Of a stretch of DNA of 56,638 nucleotides, positions 19,168 through 28,215 are shown one piece after another. The notes below the pieces were generated by a model, which worked only from the letters and a program-made list of their open reading frames with translations, had not been told where the DNA came from and ran no database searches. Position numbers and translations under genes: made by a program. The stretch comes from a virus (Duplodnaviria; Caudoviricetes): the IMG/VR virus record IMGVR_UViG_3300009494_000003, positions 1 through 56,638 of that record; one strand, written 5' to 3'. Within the stretch, counting starts at the first letter, position 1. Each line of letters opens with the position of its first letter.

Positions 19168-20091
19168 ATGAGTAAGCTTCTGAACATCGACAAGAACTCA
19201 CCTGGGAATGAGGACAAGCACTATTCAGGCAAGTACCAGCCCATTGACTTCATCGAGGACTGGCGACTGGGTTTCACCGAGGGCAGCATTGTTAAGTATC
19301 TTTCTCGCCACAAAATGAAGGGTGGAGTGGGGGATGTGAAAAAGATAATTTGGTACCTGAACGTCCTCAAAGCAAGATTCAAGGCGGGCAAAAACTTGAA
19401 GCTGAAGCAAGATGGTTCGATTTCTGTTAAAGAGTACATTGAGGTGCAGGATCTGGGTGTCTTGGGGGGCAATCTTCTCAGCAGTTTGATGGACGCTCTC
19501 TGTTTTGGCTATGCGAATAGGCTGGACGACGCTATCAATTATGCGAATGATTTGGTGAATTGGTACGAGGCCACCGGCGAGGAATACGATAAGTATTTTG
19601 GTGGCGACGACCCCCAGGTTGCGCCCCGTATCGAAGACCAGATTTTTGATGCCCGTCCCTCTCCCCAGGGTGCGCCGTCACCCATGCGTTTTCATCTTGA
19701 CGATGAGCGTGAGAGTACGACGCTGCGGTTTCAGATGGAGGATGTTCACGGTTTTTTCACCGTGGGTTTTTTTGCCGACGGTATTCCCGGTGAGGTTTTT
19801 GTCAGGCTCGGCAAGGAGGGTGCCGAGAGCCACGGGTGGGCCGATGCGTGGGCGATTGCGATCTCGATGCTGCTTCAGTACGGGGTCGATCCGAAGAAGC
19901 TCTACAAGAAGTTTAAGCATATGCAATTCGAGCCCGATGGTTTGACCGGTGTGCGGGGTGTGACGTTCTGCAAGTCCATCCCAGACTTGATCATGAAATG
20001 GATGGAGAAGCACCTGCCTCCTACTTGTGAAGAGCTGACTGAGGGCGACGATTACAGCAGCATGATCGAGCAGGTGGTGGAAAAACCGTGA
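19168..20091 (+). CDS. DUF3310 (T7 gp1.7-like) domain fused to TSCPD (class II RNR C-terminal-like) domain
   Basis: 'HYSGKYQPIDFI..GFTEGSIVKYLSRHKMKGGVGDVKKIIWYL'; 'PGEVFVRLGKEG..AIAISMLLQYGV..FEPDG..CKSIPDLI'. Confidence 0.7.
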   Translation: MSKLLNIDKNSPGNEDKHYSGKYQPIDFIEDWRLGFTEGSIVKYLSRHKMKGGVGDVKKIIWYLNVLKARFKAGKNLKLKQDGSISVKEYIEVQDLGVLGGNLLSSLMDALCFGYANRLDDAINYANDLVNWYEATGEEYDKYFGGDDPQVAPRIEDQIFDARPSPQGAPSPMRFHLDDERESTTLRFQMEDVHGFFTVGFFADGIPGEVFVRLGKEGAESHGWADAWAIAISMLLQYGVDPKKLYKKFKHMQFEPDGLTGVRGVTFCKSIPDLIMKWMEKHLPPTCEELTEGDDYSSMIEQVVEKP

Positions 20092-20516
20092 GAGTCATCA
20101 TCCAGATCGGGTACCTGAAGTCAGGGGGTAGACGCAGGGAGGGCCAGTTGATTCGTGCGTGGGTCGATGAGATCGAATGCTCATGGCAGGACGACGCTGG
20201 CCGGTATCTTACGTCCAGGGCCGAGGCTGCCAAGGGAACTCTCTGGTATCTTTGGCAGGGTGAGGTGGAGCCCGAGGGTGTTATCCGCGTGCAGGTGAAA
20301 ACTGCGCTGCGGGGGATAGGTGCTGATGAAGGTCGTACGTTCGAGAGCCTGTATTACCTTAACTCGGAGGCTCCCGTGAGGGAGATTGAGGTGCGCGGCG
20401 TAGGGTACAAGGGCTATCCGCTTTTAAAGGGCAGGCTTGTGGAGATGGGTACGGTCTCAAAACAGGATGAGCGCGAGGCTGAGATTGAGGAATTTTTGAG
20501 GGGCACTTTTGATTGA
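20088..20516 (+). CDS. Hypothetical protein
   Basis: GTGA-coupled ORF within operon. Confidence 0.55.
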   Translation: MRVIIQIGYLKSGGRRREGQLIRAWVDEIECSWQDDAGRYLTSRAEAAKGTLWYLWQGEVEPEGVIRVQVKTALRGIGADEGRTFESLYYLNSEAPVREIEVRGVGYKGYPLLKGRLVEMGTVSKQDEREAEIEEFLRGTFD

Positions 20517-22317
20517 CGTTTTTCTAAGGCAGCGACGAATTTGTGTTCGTCTCGACCCGAAAAGTCCTTATTACGAGCGGGCGTATATTCTTGTACGCTC
20601 AACCCTAACAGCCTACGAGATCGAAGAGAACCTGTGGACTCTCAGTTTCCATGATCTGAACATGCTCCGGACTCGTCTGGACCAGGTGGGGCTTGTCGAA
20701 GGCCGGACGATGACTGAGGACGCCTATGACTGGATTTCTTACCTAACTTCGCGCAATGTTCTCAACCTTGACCTAAAAAAGGGGGTCAATAATGAGCAGG
20801 TTCGCGCGGCTTTGGCGGGGAAGATGAAGCACAGGCTCTATGAGGATCAGGTGCCTGCTGTTGCTTACGCAGTGGGCAATCGCCGGGCTGGAATCTTTGA
20901 CGAGATGGGCGCAGGCAAGACGTTGACCTCGTTAAGCGCCATGATTGCTCTCGGTTCAGACATTCGCCGAACGCTCGTCATCTGTCCCTATACTGCGCAA
21001 ATTTCGTTTCGGCGCGAGGTGGGAAAGCATACGAATCTTGTGGCAATTCAGGTGCCGTCCGGGCGCAAGCTCGCGTTCCAGTTTGTTGAGGACAATCAGG
21101 ATACCGAGTGGAACATAATGCTCACGCACCCCGAGAATTTGATCGGGGGTTCCGGTCGCGGGAATGTATATGGCAACCTCACGAAGCTTCTGCGTTCGAT
21201 GATATGGGACATGGTTATCGTCGACGAGTTTCACCTATACAAGAACCTGTCGGCCAAGCGCACGAAGTGCGTTGTGTCCATCTTGAATGAATCCCAGGAC
21301 CGAGAGGGGAAGTGGCCGCGCGCCCTCCTGCTGACGGGTACACCGGTTTCGGAAAGCCCTATGAATGCCTATGTTGCGCTCAAGGTATTGAGCCGGGATT
21401 ACCTGCCTCATATTTCCAAGTTCGAGCATCATTTTGTGGTCAAGCAGTCGATCAGTTATGGCTCCAAGGGTACTCACCCGAAGGTAGTCGGTTTCAAAAA
21501 CTTGGATGAGCTGAAATCGATGATCGAGGCTGTCTCCATCCGTCGGATCAAGGCGGATATGACGGGCTTTCCCGACCGGGTATCCATGATTCGCGATGTG
21601 GAGCTTTCGGGGAAGCAGCTGGCGCTGTACAAGACGATCTGTGGTGAAATCGTCGCGGGTTTGCCTCGCTCGACTCGGATCAATCTTTTGCGATTCTTGT
21701 CCGATACCACAACCGTGCTCAGGCTCAGGCAAGTGATGAACCATCCGAGTTTGTTGGACGAGGATGGGGATTCCGCGAAGTACATTGAGATCGATAGTAT
21801 CCTGGAGGAGGTCCTGGCCGACCCGGAGCAAAAGGTTATTATCTGGACCGAGTTTCGCAAGGCTGTGAATAGCCTGTATGAGCGGTACAATCCGATTTAT
21901 GGGGCGTGCAAGCTCTACGGTGGGGTTACAAACGATCAGATGGAGCAGATTGCTTTCGACTTTGAAAACCTGGACACTCCCAGGGTAGCTGTGGCAATTC
22001 CGGCCAAGGCTGGGACAGGCCTCGATTTCCTGGCCAGGGCCAGGACTGCCATTTATGTTGAGCGCCCATATTCGTTTACGCTGTATAAGCAGAGCATCGA
22101 CCGTATCCATCGGCGTATCACGAGTGGCACAATGTCGAAGTTGGACACCATCCGGGCCAAGCCCGCGACTATGATTTTTCTTGACGTGGTGAGGTCTGTC
22201 GATGAATTGATTCGAGATCGTCTGTTTGGGAAACAGGACATGGCGGACGCGCTCACGATTCCGGATGCGCGCCTGGCGGAGATGGGCCGGGACGATCTTT
22301 TGGAGTACCTCAGATGA
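20509..22317 (+). CDS. SNF2-family DEAD/DEAH helicase
   Basis: DEMGAGKT, VDEFH, LTGTP, LRQVMNHP, GTGLD, QSIDRIHR. Confidence 0.9.
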   Translation: MIDVFLRQRRICVRLDPKSPYYERAYILVRSTLTAYEIEENLWTLSFHDLNMLRTRLDQVGLVEGRTMTEDAYDWISYLTSRNVLNLDLKKGVNNEQVRAALAGKMKHRLYEDQVPAVAYAVGNRRAGIFDEMGAGKTLTSLSAMIALGSDIRRTLVICPYTAQISFRREVGKHTNLVAIQVPSGRKLAFQFVEDNQDTEWNIMLTHPENLIGGSGRGNVYGNLTKLLRSMIWDMVIVDEFHLYKNLSAKRTKCVVSILNESQDREGKWPRALLLTGTPVSESPMNAYVALKVLSRDYLPHISKFEHHFVVKQSISYGSKGTHPKVVGFKNLDELKSMIEAVSIRRIKADMTGFPDRVSMIRDVELSGKQLALYKTICGEIVAGLPRSTRINLLRFLSDTTTVLRLRQVMNHPSLLDEDGDSAKYIEIDSILEEVLADPEQKVIIWTEFRKAVNSLYERYNPIYGACKLYGGVTNDQMEQIAFDFENLDTPRVAVAIPAKAGTGLDFLARARTAIYVERPYSFTLYKQSIDRIHRRITSGTMSKLDTIRAKPATMIFLDVVRSVDELIRDRLFGKQDMADALTIPDARLAEMGRDDLLEYLR

Positions 22318-23462
22318 ACGATTTTGTATCCGATCAGGTTCGTGCCGACCTTCTGGGTCATTCGTTGTCGCTCGCACAGACGCACGGTGTGCGTCCGGTT
22401 TACTTCTCGAAGCAAAATCGCCTCGATCCTGATTTCGCTTTTTCCGAGGTCATAAATCTTAGTCGCTACTTTTGGACGTGCATGGGCTTCACGGGCCTCA
22501 TGCTGCCCTGGCACGAGGATCCTGAGTGCATCAGGACGCTGAAGAAGCAGCGGGATTACATTCGCAAGTGGCTGTGGACCTGTGAGGATATGGATGTCGA
22601 CTGGCGCAGCTACTGCGTTCTCTCATTCTGCATGACCGATTACATATTTTTTGAACGCCCGACGCTTCTTCTGGGGCAGCGCCCGCACTGGACGTGGATG
22701 CGTGCGTTTCGCGAGCACGTGGGCAGCAGGAAGCTCGTGGATGAGACCGCGTTTTTCATGCTGGACTTTGTCAGGCTGCAAGTCGAGCACCGGGGGCGCG
22801 CGTACTTTCATCGCCGGGCTTTTCTGGAGGTGGATCTGGATAAGCATACGAGGTCCAAAAAGAAGTCCCTGCGGCTTGGTCTGTATGTCAAGATCGCGAA
22901 TCGAATTCGGCAACTTCGGGGGCAGGGGGTGGACTATCTGGATTGGCTGGCGGCCAAGTGCCTCAACCACAGACGCATGGATCCCGAGTCTTCAATTGGG
23001 ATTCGGGCCATTGTGAACGCCAACTCGCTCGATCCGCCTATAGATGGCCTGCTCGCGGCGGCGGCGGATGAGTGGCGTGCGATTCGCGAGTTTTTGGGCT
23101 TGTCTCCCGCGTGCGAGTTTCCGGACGAGTGTATCCCCAAGGGGTGGCAACCGGCGTCGGACGATGTGGACAACCGGCAGAAGATTCAGAGAATTACGGC
23201 AGACGGCTATTACTACCTAGTGGATGGTACGCAGCGGCGTGGCAAGCGTCACTACGCGACGAACAAGTACCTGACAATCAAGGTCGGTCCCGCGAATTTT
23301 GCAGAATTCCAGGCGTCGTGGAATGACCCGCGTTACCTGTCGGGTAGGCCCACGTGGGCCGACTACGAGCGGTATGCGCTGTATCCGGGGCTGTGGAATG
23401 AGAAGGGTGAGAACGTGTCGGCGTATCCGATGATTAAGGGGATAAAATGGCGAAAGAATTGA
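22314..23462 (+). CDS. Hypothetical protein (replication region)
   Basis: ATGA-coupled 382-aa ORF. Confidence 0.55.
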   Translation: MNDFVSDQVRADLLGHSLSLAQTHGVRPVYFSKQNRLDPDFAFSEVINLSRYFWTCMGFTGLMLPWHEDPECIRTLKKQRDYIRKWLWTCEDMDVDWRSYCVLSFCMTDYIFFERPTLLLGQRPHWTWMRAFREHVGSRKLVDETAFFMLDFVRLQVEHRGRAYFHRRAFLEVDLDKHTRSKKKSLRLGLYVKIANRIRQLRGQGVDYLDWLAAKCLNHRRMDPESSIGIRAIVNANSLDPPIDGLLAAAADEWRAIREFLGLSPACEFPDECIPKGWQPASDDVDNRQKIQRITADGYYYLVDGTQRRGKRHYATNKYLTIKVGPANFAEFQASWNDPRYLSGRPTWADYERYALYPGLWNEKGENVSAYPMIKGIKWRKN

Positions 23463-24109
23463 AACACGAGTGGGTACTGGTAGTGGATGCGAAGGTCCTG
23501 AATGAATTTCGTGGTCTGGACGATGGGCCGATCACAACGCTCCGGGCAGATATTGATCGGATTGTCGGAATTCTTGGGCGCTCGTTTTTCATGGCGCGAA
23601 GCGAAGCCGAGGAGGCACCTGAATACAAGCAGGTCATCCCCTATCTGATTATCTCCTCGGGTAGTACGTTTTTGACGTATCGACGTTCTGGGTCCGAGAA
23701 GCGCCTTACGGATCTTGTTTCTATCGGCATCGGGGGACACATAAATCTGGAAGACAGCGACGAGCGCAAGCTGGATGTCATCAAGAAGAATGTCCGGCGA
23801 GAGGTCTCGGAGGAGCTGAGACTCGTGGGCGTACCCGAGTTCTGGCAGGAGTTTCCGGATTGTTTTGCCACGGTGGGCATTCTCTATGATGGTTCGGATG
23901 ACGTGGGTCGAGTCCATCTTGGGATCGTCTTGCGCTGTGATGTCAGTCTCGGCACGGCTCAGAAAATCCGGCTGACGAACGAGGGCAAGGATCTTGAATG
24001 GAAGACGCTCAAGGAACTTGAAGCGGGATACGAACACCTGGAGGGCTGGTCTCAGATTTGCGTCAAGGCGCTTCCGTCTTTTTGCGCAGCGGACGCGGGA
24101 ATGGGATGA
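23447..24109 (+). CDS. NUDIX-like phosphoesterase (COG4112/YmaB-like)
   Basis: AEEAPEYKQVIPY, EKRL, SIGIGGHIN, REVSEEL, VGRVHLG. Confidence 0.8.
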   Translation: MAKELKHEWVLVVDAKVLNEFRGLDDGPITTLRADIDRIVGILGRSFFMARSEAEEAPEYKQVIPYLIISSGSTFLTYRRSGSEKRLTDLVSIGIGGHINLEDSDERKLDVIKKNVRREVSEELRLVGVPEFWQEFPDCFATVGILYDGSDDVGRVHLGIVLRCDVSLGTAQKIRLTNEGKDLEWKTLKELEAGYEHLEGWSQICVKALPSFCAADAGMG

Positions 24110-24210
24110 TCTCGTTGAAGGAAAAAATCGTTGGCGCGTGCAGGGGTGGCGCGAGTGAGGCGAACATGAAGTACGCAGAAACGCAAAAACAACGGGAAGG
24201 GGAAGTGATG
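24106..24210 (+). repeat. Chimeric junction: dnaC 5' copy + UDG 3' copy + cassette junction motif
   Basis: 24106-24140 vs 27478-27512 (35 bp, 3 mismatches); 24135-24185 vs 16640-16690 (51 bp, 3 mismatches); 24192-24210 = 17479-17497 (19 bp). Confidence 0.9.
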
Positions 24211-25251
24211 GGTGCCGTTTATTACAACGATAATGATAAACATTGCTGCGATTGGCTGAGAAATCTGATTGATGCTGACTTGATTTCCGATGGTTATGTG
24301 GATGAGCGAGGAATTGAGGATGTGCGTTCTCTTGAAGAATTTGATCGGGTGCACCTGTTTGCAGGCATCGGCGGATGGGAATATGCACTTGACCTTGCTT
24401 GCTGGCCTTCAAACCTGAAGGTCATGACGGGAAGTTGTCCGTGTCAACCTTTCTCTATCGCAGGAAGGCAAAAAGGAGTTAAAGATGAACGACACCTCTG
24501 GCCAAAAATGCTCAGGCTCATTAAAGAGTCAGGAGTTAACTACATCTTTGGCGAACAAGTTGCAAGCCCTCTTGGAAGGGCATGGCTCGCCAGAGTACAA
24601 ACTGACTTGGAAGCAGTGGGTTATACCTTCGGGGCTTCGGATTTGTGCGCTGCGGGCATCGGTGCCCCACACATCCGTCAAAGACTGTACTGGGTGGCCT
24701 ACTACGACGGGCGAAGACGGAAAAACGGATGGCCCAAAAACAATGCAAAGAATGAAAATTTGTTTAGCACAGGGGAAGGTATTTCCAACGAGTGTACAAC
24801 GTCTTCGCAATATAGTTCAATTAACGGGATGGCCCACAGCGAGGGCGCAGGAAGATGGGCGAACGCTGGCACAGTACGCAAGTGCTCGGATGCGTGCATA
24901 CGAGAAACGAAAGGGGAAGACGCGGGATGGACCCTCCTCCAAACAAGGCGGCCTCTCGATTGCGGTTCAATTAACCTCTTCTCTCCCTGGAACGCCACCA
25001 CTCACATTCTCTGCGCAGACGGAAAAGCACGGCGTATTGAATCCGGCTCTGAGCCTTTGGTTACAGGGGTTCCCTTCCGATTGGCTGATGGCCGCACCCG
25101 TGAGGACGCCTCGCGGTCGCAAGTCCTCAAAGGCATAGGCAATAGCATCGTTCCGCTTCTGGCAGCGGTGTTTATACGGGCTTTCATGGAGAGCGTTGGT
25201 ATTTATCCGATAGGGGTAAAAGCGGGTGCCCAGGATCAGGAAGGTCAATGA
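24208..25251 (+). CDS. C5-cytosine DNA methyltransferase, alpha-type chain (motifs I, IV, VI, VIII, X); alternative in-frame start 24106
   Basis: LFAGIGG, GSCPCQPFS, GEQV, RQRLYWVA, LKGIGNSIVP. Confidence 0.85.
   Translation: MGAVYYNDNDKHCCDWLRNLIDADLISDGYVDERGIEDVRSLEEFDRVHLFAGIGGWEYALDLACWPSNLKVMTGSCPCQPFSIAGRQKGVKDERHLWPKMLRLIKESGVNYIFGEQVASPLGRAWLARVQTDLEAVGYTFGASDLCAAGIGAPHIRQRLYWVAYYDGRRRKNGWPKNNAKNENLFSTGEGISNECTTSSQYSSINGMAHSEGAGRWANAGTVRKCSDACIRETKGEDAGWTLLQTRRPLDCGSINLFSPWNATTHILCADGKARRIESGSEPLVTGVPFRLADGRTREDASRSQVLKGIGNSIVPLLAAVFIRAFMESVGIYPIGVKAGAQDQEGQ
24485..25138 (+). CDS. Overlapping alternative-frame C5-MTase beta-type chain (motif IX)
   Basis: Own RBS AAGGAG 6 nt before ATG; GWPT repeats and 'LNPALSLWLQGFPSDW' (motif IX-like), which the main frame lacks. 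Confidence 0.7.
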   Translation: MNDTSGQKCSGSLKSQELTTSLANKLQALLEGHGSPEYKLTWKQWVIPSGLRICALRASVPHTSVKDCTGWPTTTGEDGKTDGPKTMQRMKICLAQGKVFPTSVQRLRNIVQLTGWPTARAQEDGRTLAQYASARMRAYEKRKGKTRDGPSSKQGGLSIAVQLTSSLPGTPPLTFSAQTEKHGVLNPALSLWLQGFPSDWLMAAPVRTPRGRKSSKA

Positions 25252-25322
25252 CCTCGTTGAAGGAAAAAATCGTTTTAAGTTGCAACACGATGTATTTGTG
25301 CCACATCCGAGGAGAAGCATGA
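25248..25322 (+). CDS. 24-aa mini-ORF from duplicated dnaC start, coupling MTase 1 to MTase 2
   Basis: MTSLKEKIVLSCNTMYLCHIRGEA*; ATGA overlaps at both ends. Confidence 0.45.
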   Translation: MTSLKEKIVLSCNTMYLCHIRGEA

Positions 25323-27481
25323 GGGGTACATTATTCACAGGTGACTGCGTGCAGATCATGGAGACCATGGATGAGAGTTCCGTGGACGCGGTTGTGACCG
25401 ATCCTCCCTATGGATTGGAGTTCATGGGCCGGGAGTTTGATAAGCTCGGTAAGGGTACGGCACAGAGGGCGTGGCATGCACGGTGGGCGAAGCAGGCCCT
25501 GCGAGTCTTGAAACCCGGGGGTTATCTACTCGCGTTTGGGGGCACCAGAACTTATCATCATCTGGCGACTGCCGTGGAGGAAGCCGGGTTTGAGATCCGT
25601 GATATGATCCAGTGGAATTATGGGTCGGGATTTCCCAAATCGTTGAATATTGGGAAGGCGATTGACAAGGCGGCGGGGGTGGAGCGTGAGGTGATTGGGC
25701 ATGAAAGCAAGATACCGGAGCGACCCATAACGGACAATTGGAAGCGGGCTGCAACAACTCCAACCGAAATGCCGCTGCCGGGTCAAGGAAGCAATTCAGG
25801 GTGTGTCCGTATCATAACCGCCCCCGCAACCGAAGCCGCGAAGCAATGGGACGGATGGGGCACGGCGTTGAAGCCCGCAAACGAGCCAATCTTATGGGCA
25901 ACAAAGCCCCTGATTGTGGTTCCCCCAGGTGATATGATACAGGCAGCCAACCTGATTGGAGGTTTGATATGCCTGTCACTATCATCTGTGAAACATGTGG
26001 AGAGTCTTTTGATGTCAAGCCCTAACGGGTGCGAAGGGGATGTCGCTTTTGCTCTATGGCGTGCCGTCGAGTATCGTTCAAGCGAATTTCCAGAGTCATC
26101 AGGGGTGACGGATATGTTCAAATCACCGGAGGTGGCAGAAACTATCTTGAACATCGTCAAGTTATGGCGGATAGTTTGGGACGCAAACTTCGCACGGCAG
26201 AACACGTTCACCACATCAATGGCGACAGGGCTGACAACCGAATTGAAAACCTTCGTATCATTGATGTTGCCGATCATACAAGAATGCATCACCCCGGCAG
26301 GCATGAAGGCACTTGGTCAACCCTCGTATGTGAACATTGCGAGATCGAATTTGAGCGAGCAAACATCTACATCCAACGCCGTAACTTCTGCTCACGAGCT
26401 TGCTACGTTGCTCATGGGGCGAAATGGTGCGAGCGATGTGGGGCAGAGTTTCACGCATGCGGCACACGTCGCAAGTACTGTTCTGCAAAATGCTACCACG
26501 AGTCTAGGCGAAAATCTTAGTCCCGCCCATGAACCAATTGTTGTAGCCAGGAAGCCCTTGAGCGAGAAGACCGTGGCGGCGAACGTGTTGAAGCATGGGA
26601 CAGGCGGGATCAACATTGATGGGTGTAGGGTGGAAATTTCTTCTAACGATGTCATATATGCTAAGAATCCTCACACACAAAATACAGGCTCAAAAAACAG
26701 TAGTTCAATAACACTGGGTGAGGGAGCAAGTTACAAAGTACCCAAAGGTCGCTGGCCTGCGAACGTTTTATTTTCGCACCATCCAGATTGCGAATGTGTT
26801 GGGACGAAGAAGGTGAAGGGTAGTCAGCTGTCTCAGGTTATCAAGCGGAGTAATAGCGGTAGTGAATCAATAGGTAAACAGACGGACAGTTATTGCGAAG
26901 GTTTTACAGACGATGACGGCAACGAAGAAGTAGAAGCTTGGAATTGTCACCCTGATTGTCCGGTGGGGGTCCTGGACAAGCAGAGTGGAGTATTGAAGAG
27001 TGGAAAGCCAACTAAGGGAAAAGAGGAAACGACCAAAGATATTTATGGGAAATATGCAAAACGCTCCTTAGTTGGTGGAGGGGATTCTGGTGGTGCCTCC
27101 CGCTTTTTCTACCAGGCCAAGGCGAGTAGGTCCGAGCGGAACGTAGGCACTGAGGATCTCTTTTGGAGGAGGACGAAGGAGACTCCAAGTGGATACACGC
27201 AAGTCACGCGAGAGGAATGGGAGGTCCTGGATGAGAAGAAGCGTGCGGTGGGCAACATTCACAGCACGGTGAAGCCGGTCGACCTTATCGGGTATTTGAT
27301 CCGGCTCGTGGTTCCCCCAGGTGGAATCGTACTCGATCCTTTTTGCGGCTCAGGCACGGTGTTCCCTGCGGCAGTCAAAGAACAGGTCAAGGTGTTGGCC
27401 ATAGAGAAGGACGAACAGTACTCGGTAATCTCAGAAGCCAGGGCCTCCCATGCGTTTGCGCAGGATCAGGAAGGTCAATGA
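25319..27481 (+). CDS. beta-class amino (N6A/N4C) DNA methyltransferase with 216-aa in-frame insertion
   Basis: RBS GAGGAG; TDPPY; GWGTALKPA; HSTVKP; VLDPFCGSGT; insertion between duplicated PAxEPIxxAxKPL motifs. Confidence 0.85.
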   Translation: MRGTLFTGDCVQIMETMDESSVDAVVTDPPYGLEFMGREFDKLGKGTAQRAWHARWAKQALRVLKPGGYLLAFGGTRTYHHLATAVEEAGFEIRDMIQWNYGSGFPKSLNIGKAIDKAAGVEREVIGHESKIPERPITDNWKRAATTPTEMPLPGQGSNSGCVRIITAPATEAAKQWDGWGTALKPANEPILWATKPLIVVPPGDMIQAANLIGGLICLSLSSVKHVESLLMSSPNGCEGDVAFALWRAVEYRSSEFPESSGVTDMFKSPEVAETILNIVKLWRIVWDANFARQNTFTTSMATGLTTELKTFVSLMLPIIQECITPAGMKALGQPSYVNIARSNLSEQTSTSNAVTSAHELATLLMGRNGASDVGQSFTHAAHVASTVLQNATTSLGENLSPAHEPIVVARKPLSEKTVAANVLKHGTGGINIDGCRVEISSNDVIYAKNPHTQNTGSKNSSSITLGEGASYKVPKGRWPANVLFSHHPDCECVGTKKVKGSQLSQVIKRSNSGSESIGKQTDSYCEGFTDDDGNEEVEAWNCHPDCPVGVLDKQSGVLKSGKPTKGKEETTKDIYGKYAKRSLVGGGDSGGASRFFYQAKASRSERNVGTEDLFWRRTKETPSGYTQVTREEWEVLDEKKRAVGNIHSTVKPVDLIGYLIRLVVPPGGIVLDPFCGSGTVFPAAVKEQVKVLAIEKDEQYSVISEARASHAFAQDQEGQ
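25969..26520 (+). pseudogene. Zn-finger/HNH homing endonuclease nested out of frame in the MTase; in-frame TAA at codon 19 (possible restart at GTG 26029)
   Basis: Extended -10 TGnTATGAT (25930-25938), RBS GGAGG, ATG 25969; CETC..FCSMAC, EHRQVMA..LGRKL..EHVHHINGDRADNRIENL, two more CxxC..CSxxC fingers; TAA 26023-26025. Confidence 0.8.
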
Positions 27482-28215
27482 CCTCATTGAAGGAAAAAAT
27501 CGTGGGCGCGTGTCGCGTCTGTGGCGGCGACGGTTACGAGGGCAACCGGCTTTGCAACTGTTCGATCAAGTTCAGGGTGTACAACCGTCTTGTCGATAAC
27601 GGGTTTAACGAGAGCCTGCTGGATCTGGTCAGCTCACCCGCGTACACGTTGCCCATGCTGGAAACCGGGTCTGAATCGATAAATTATTTTTTACATCATC
27701 CGTTTGACGTGATGGACAAGGGCTTGAGCCTCTACATCCTCTCGAAAGAGAATGGGCGGGGCAAGACGACCCTGGCCCATTATCTCGTTTATGTGCTGGC
27801 GTGGCCGTTCGCCCAGACCGAGAATTACAACCGGAGGCGTACGTACGCGTTTGTGGATATGCATGCGCTCCTGGAGTCATTCTTGGGCGGTGATGAGATG
27901 CACAACACGTGGAAGGCCACGGTGCTGGTGCTCGACGATTTGGGCAGTGAGAGCCGCTCGGCGGCGTGGAAGATCGATACGGCCACGTCAATGCTCCACC
28001 GTATTCTCCATTACCGACGTGATCGGAGGCTGCCGACAATCATTACCTCGAACTTTGTTGCCGAGAGCCTTACGGGCTTTTACAATGGCGTTCTTGACTC
28101 GGTGCTGGAGATCAGGCCTGACGGTGTGATCGGTGGCCAGGTCTTCCGCCAGGTTGAGGTCGGTGGTGGCGAGGATTTTCGCATTGCGCACGGCTCAAGT
28201 GACTGGCCAACTTGA
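27478..28215 (+). CDS. DnaC/IstB-like helicase loader ATPase
   Basis: CRVC..CNC; NGRGKTT; LVLDDLG; RR..LPTIITSN. Confidence 0.8.
   Translation: MTSLKEKIVGACRVCGGDGYEGNRLCNCSIKFRVYNRLVDNGFNESLLDLVSSPAYTLPMLETGSESINYFLHHPFDVMDKGLSLYILSKENGRGKTTLAHYLVYVLAWPFAQTENYNRRRTYAFVDMHALLESFLGGDEMHNTWKATVLVLDDLGSESRSAAWKIDTATSMLHRILHYRRDRRLPTIITSNFVAESLTGFYNGVLDSVLEIRPDGVIGGQVFRQVEVGGGEDFRIAHGSSDWPT

Larger units (their letters stand above)
25231..27503 (+). repeat. 43-bp direct repeat (25231-25273 and 27461-27503) flanking the second MTase
   Basis: CAGGATCAGGAAGGTCAATGACCTC(G/A)TTGAAGGAAAAAATCGT; both MTases end AQDQEGQ. Confidence 0.9.

Noticed and set aside
26023-26025. Stop-codon recoding as explanation for the TAA in the HNH
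   Set aside because: TAA, TAG and TGA all terminate other genes normally; core genes are intact in code 11.
25871-26520. Intein in the MTase
   Set aside because: No splicing-block motifs or terminal HN-C/S/T; the endonuclease is in a different frame.
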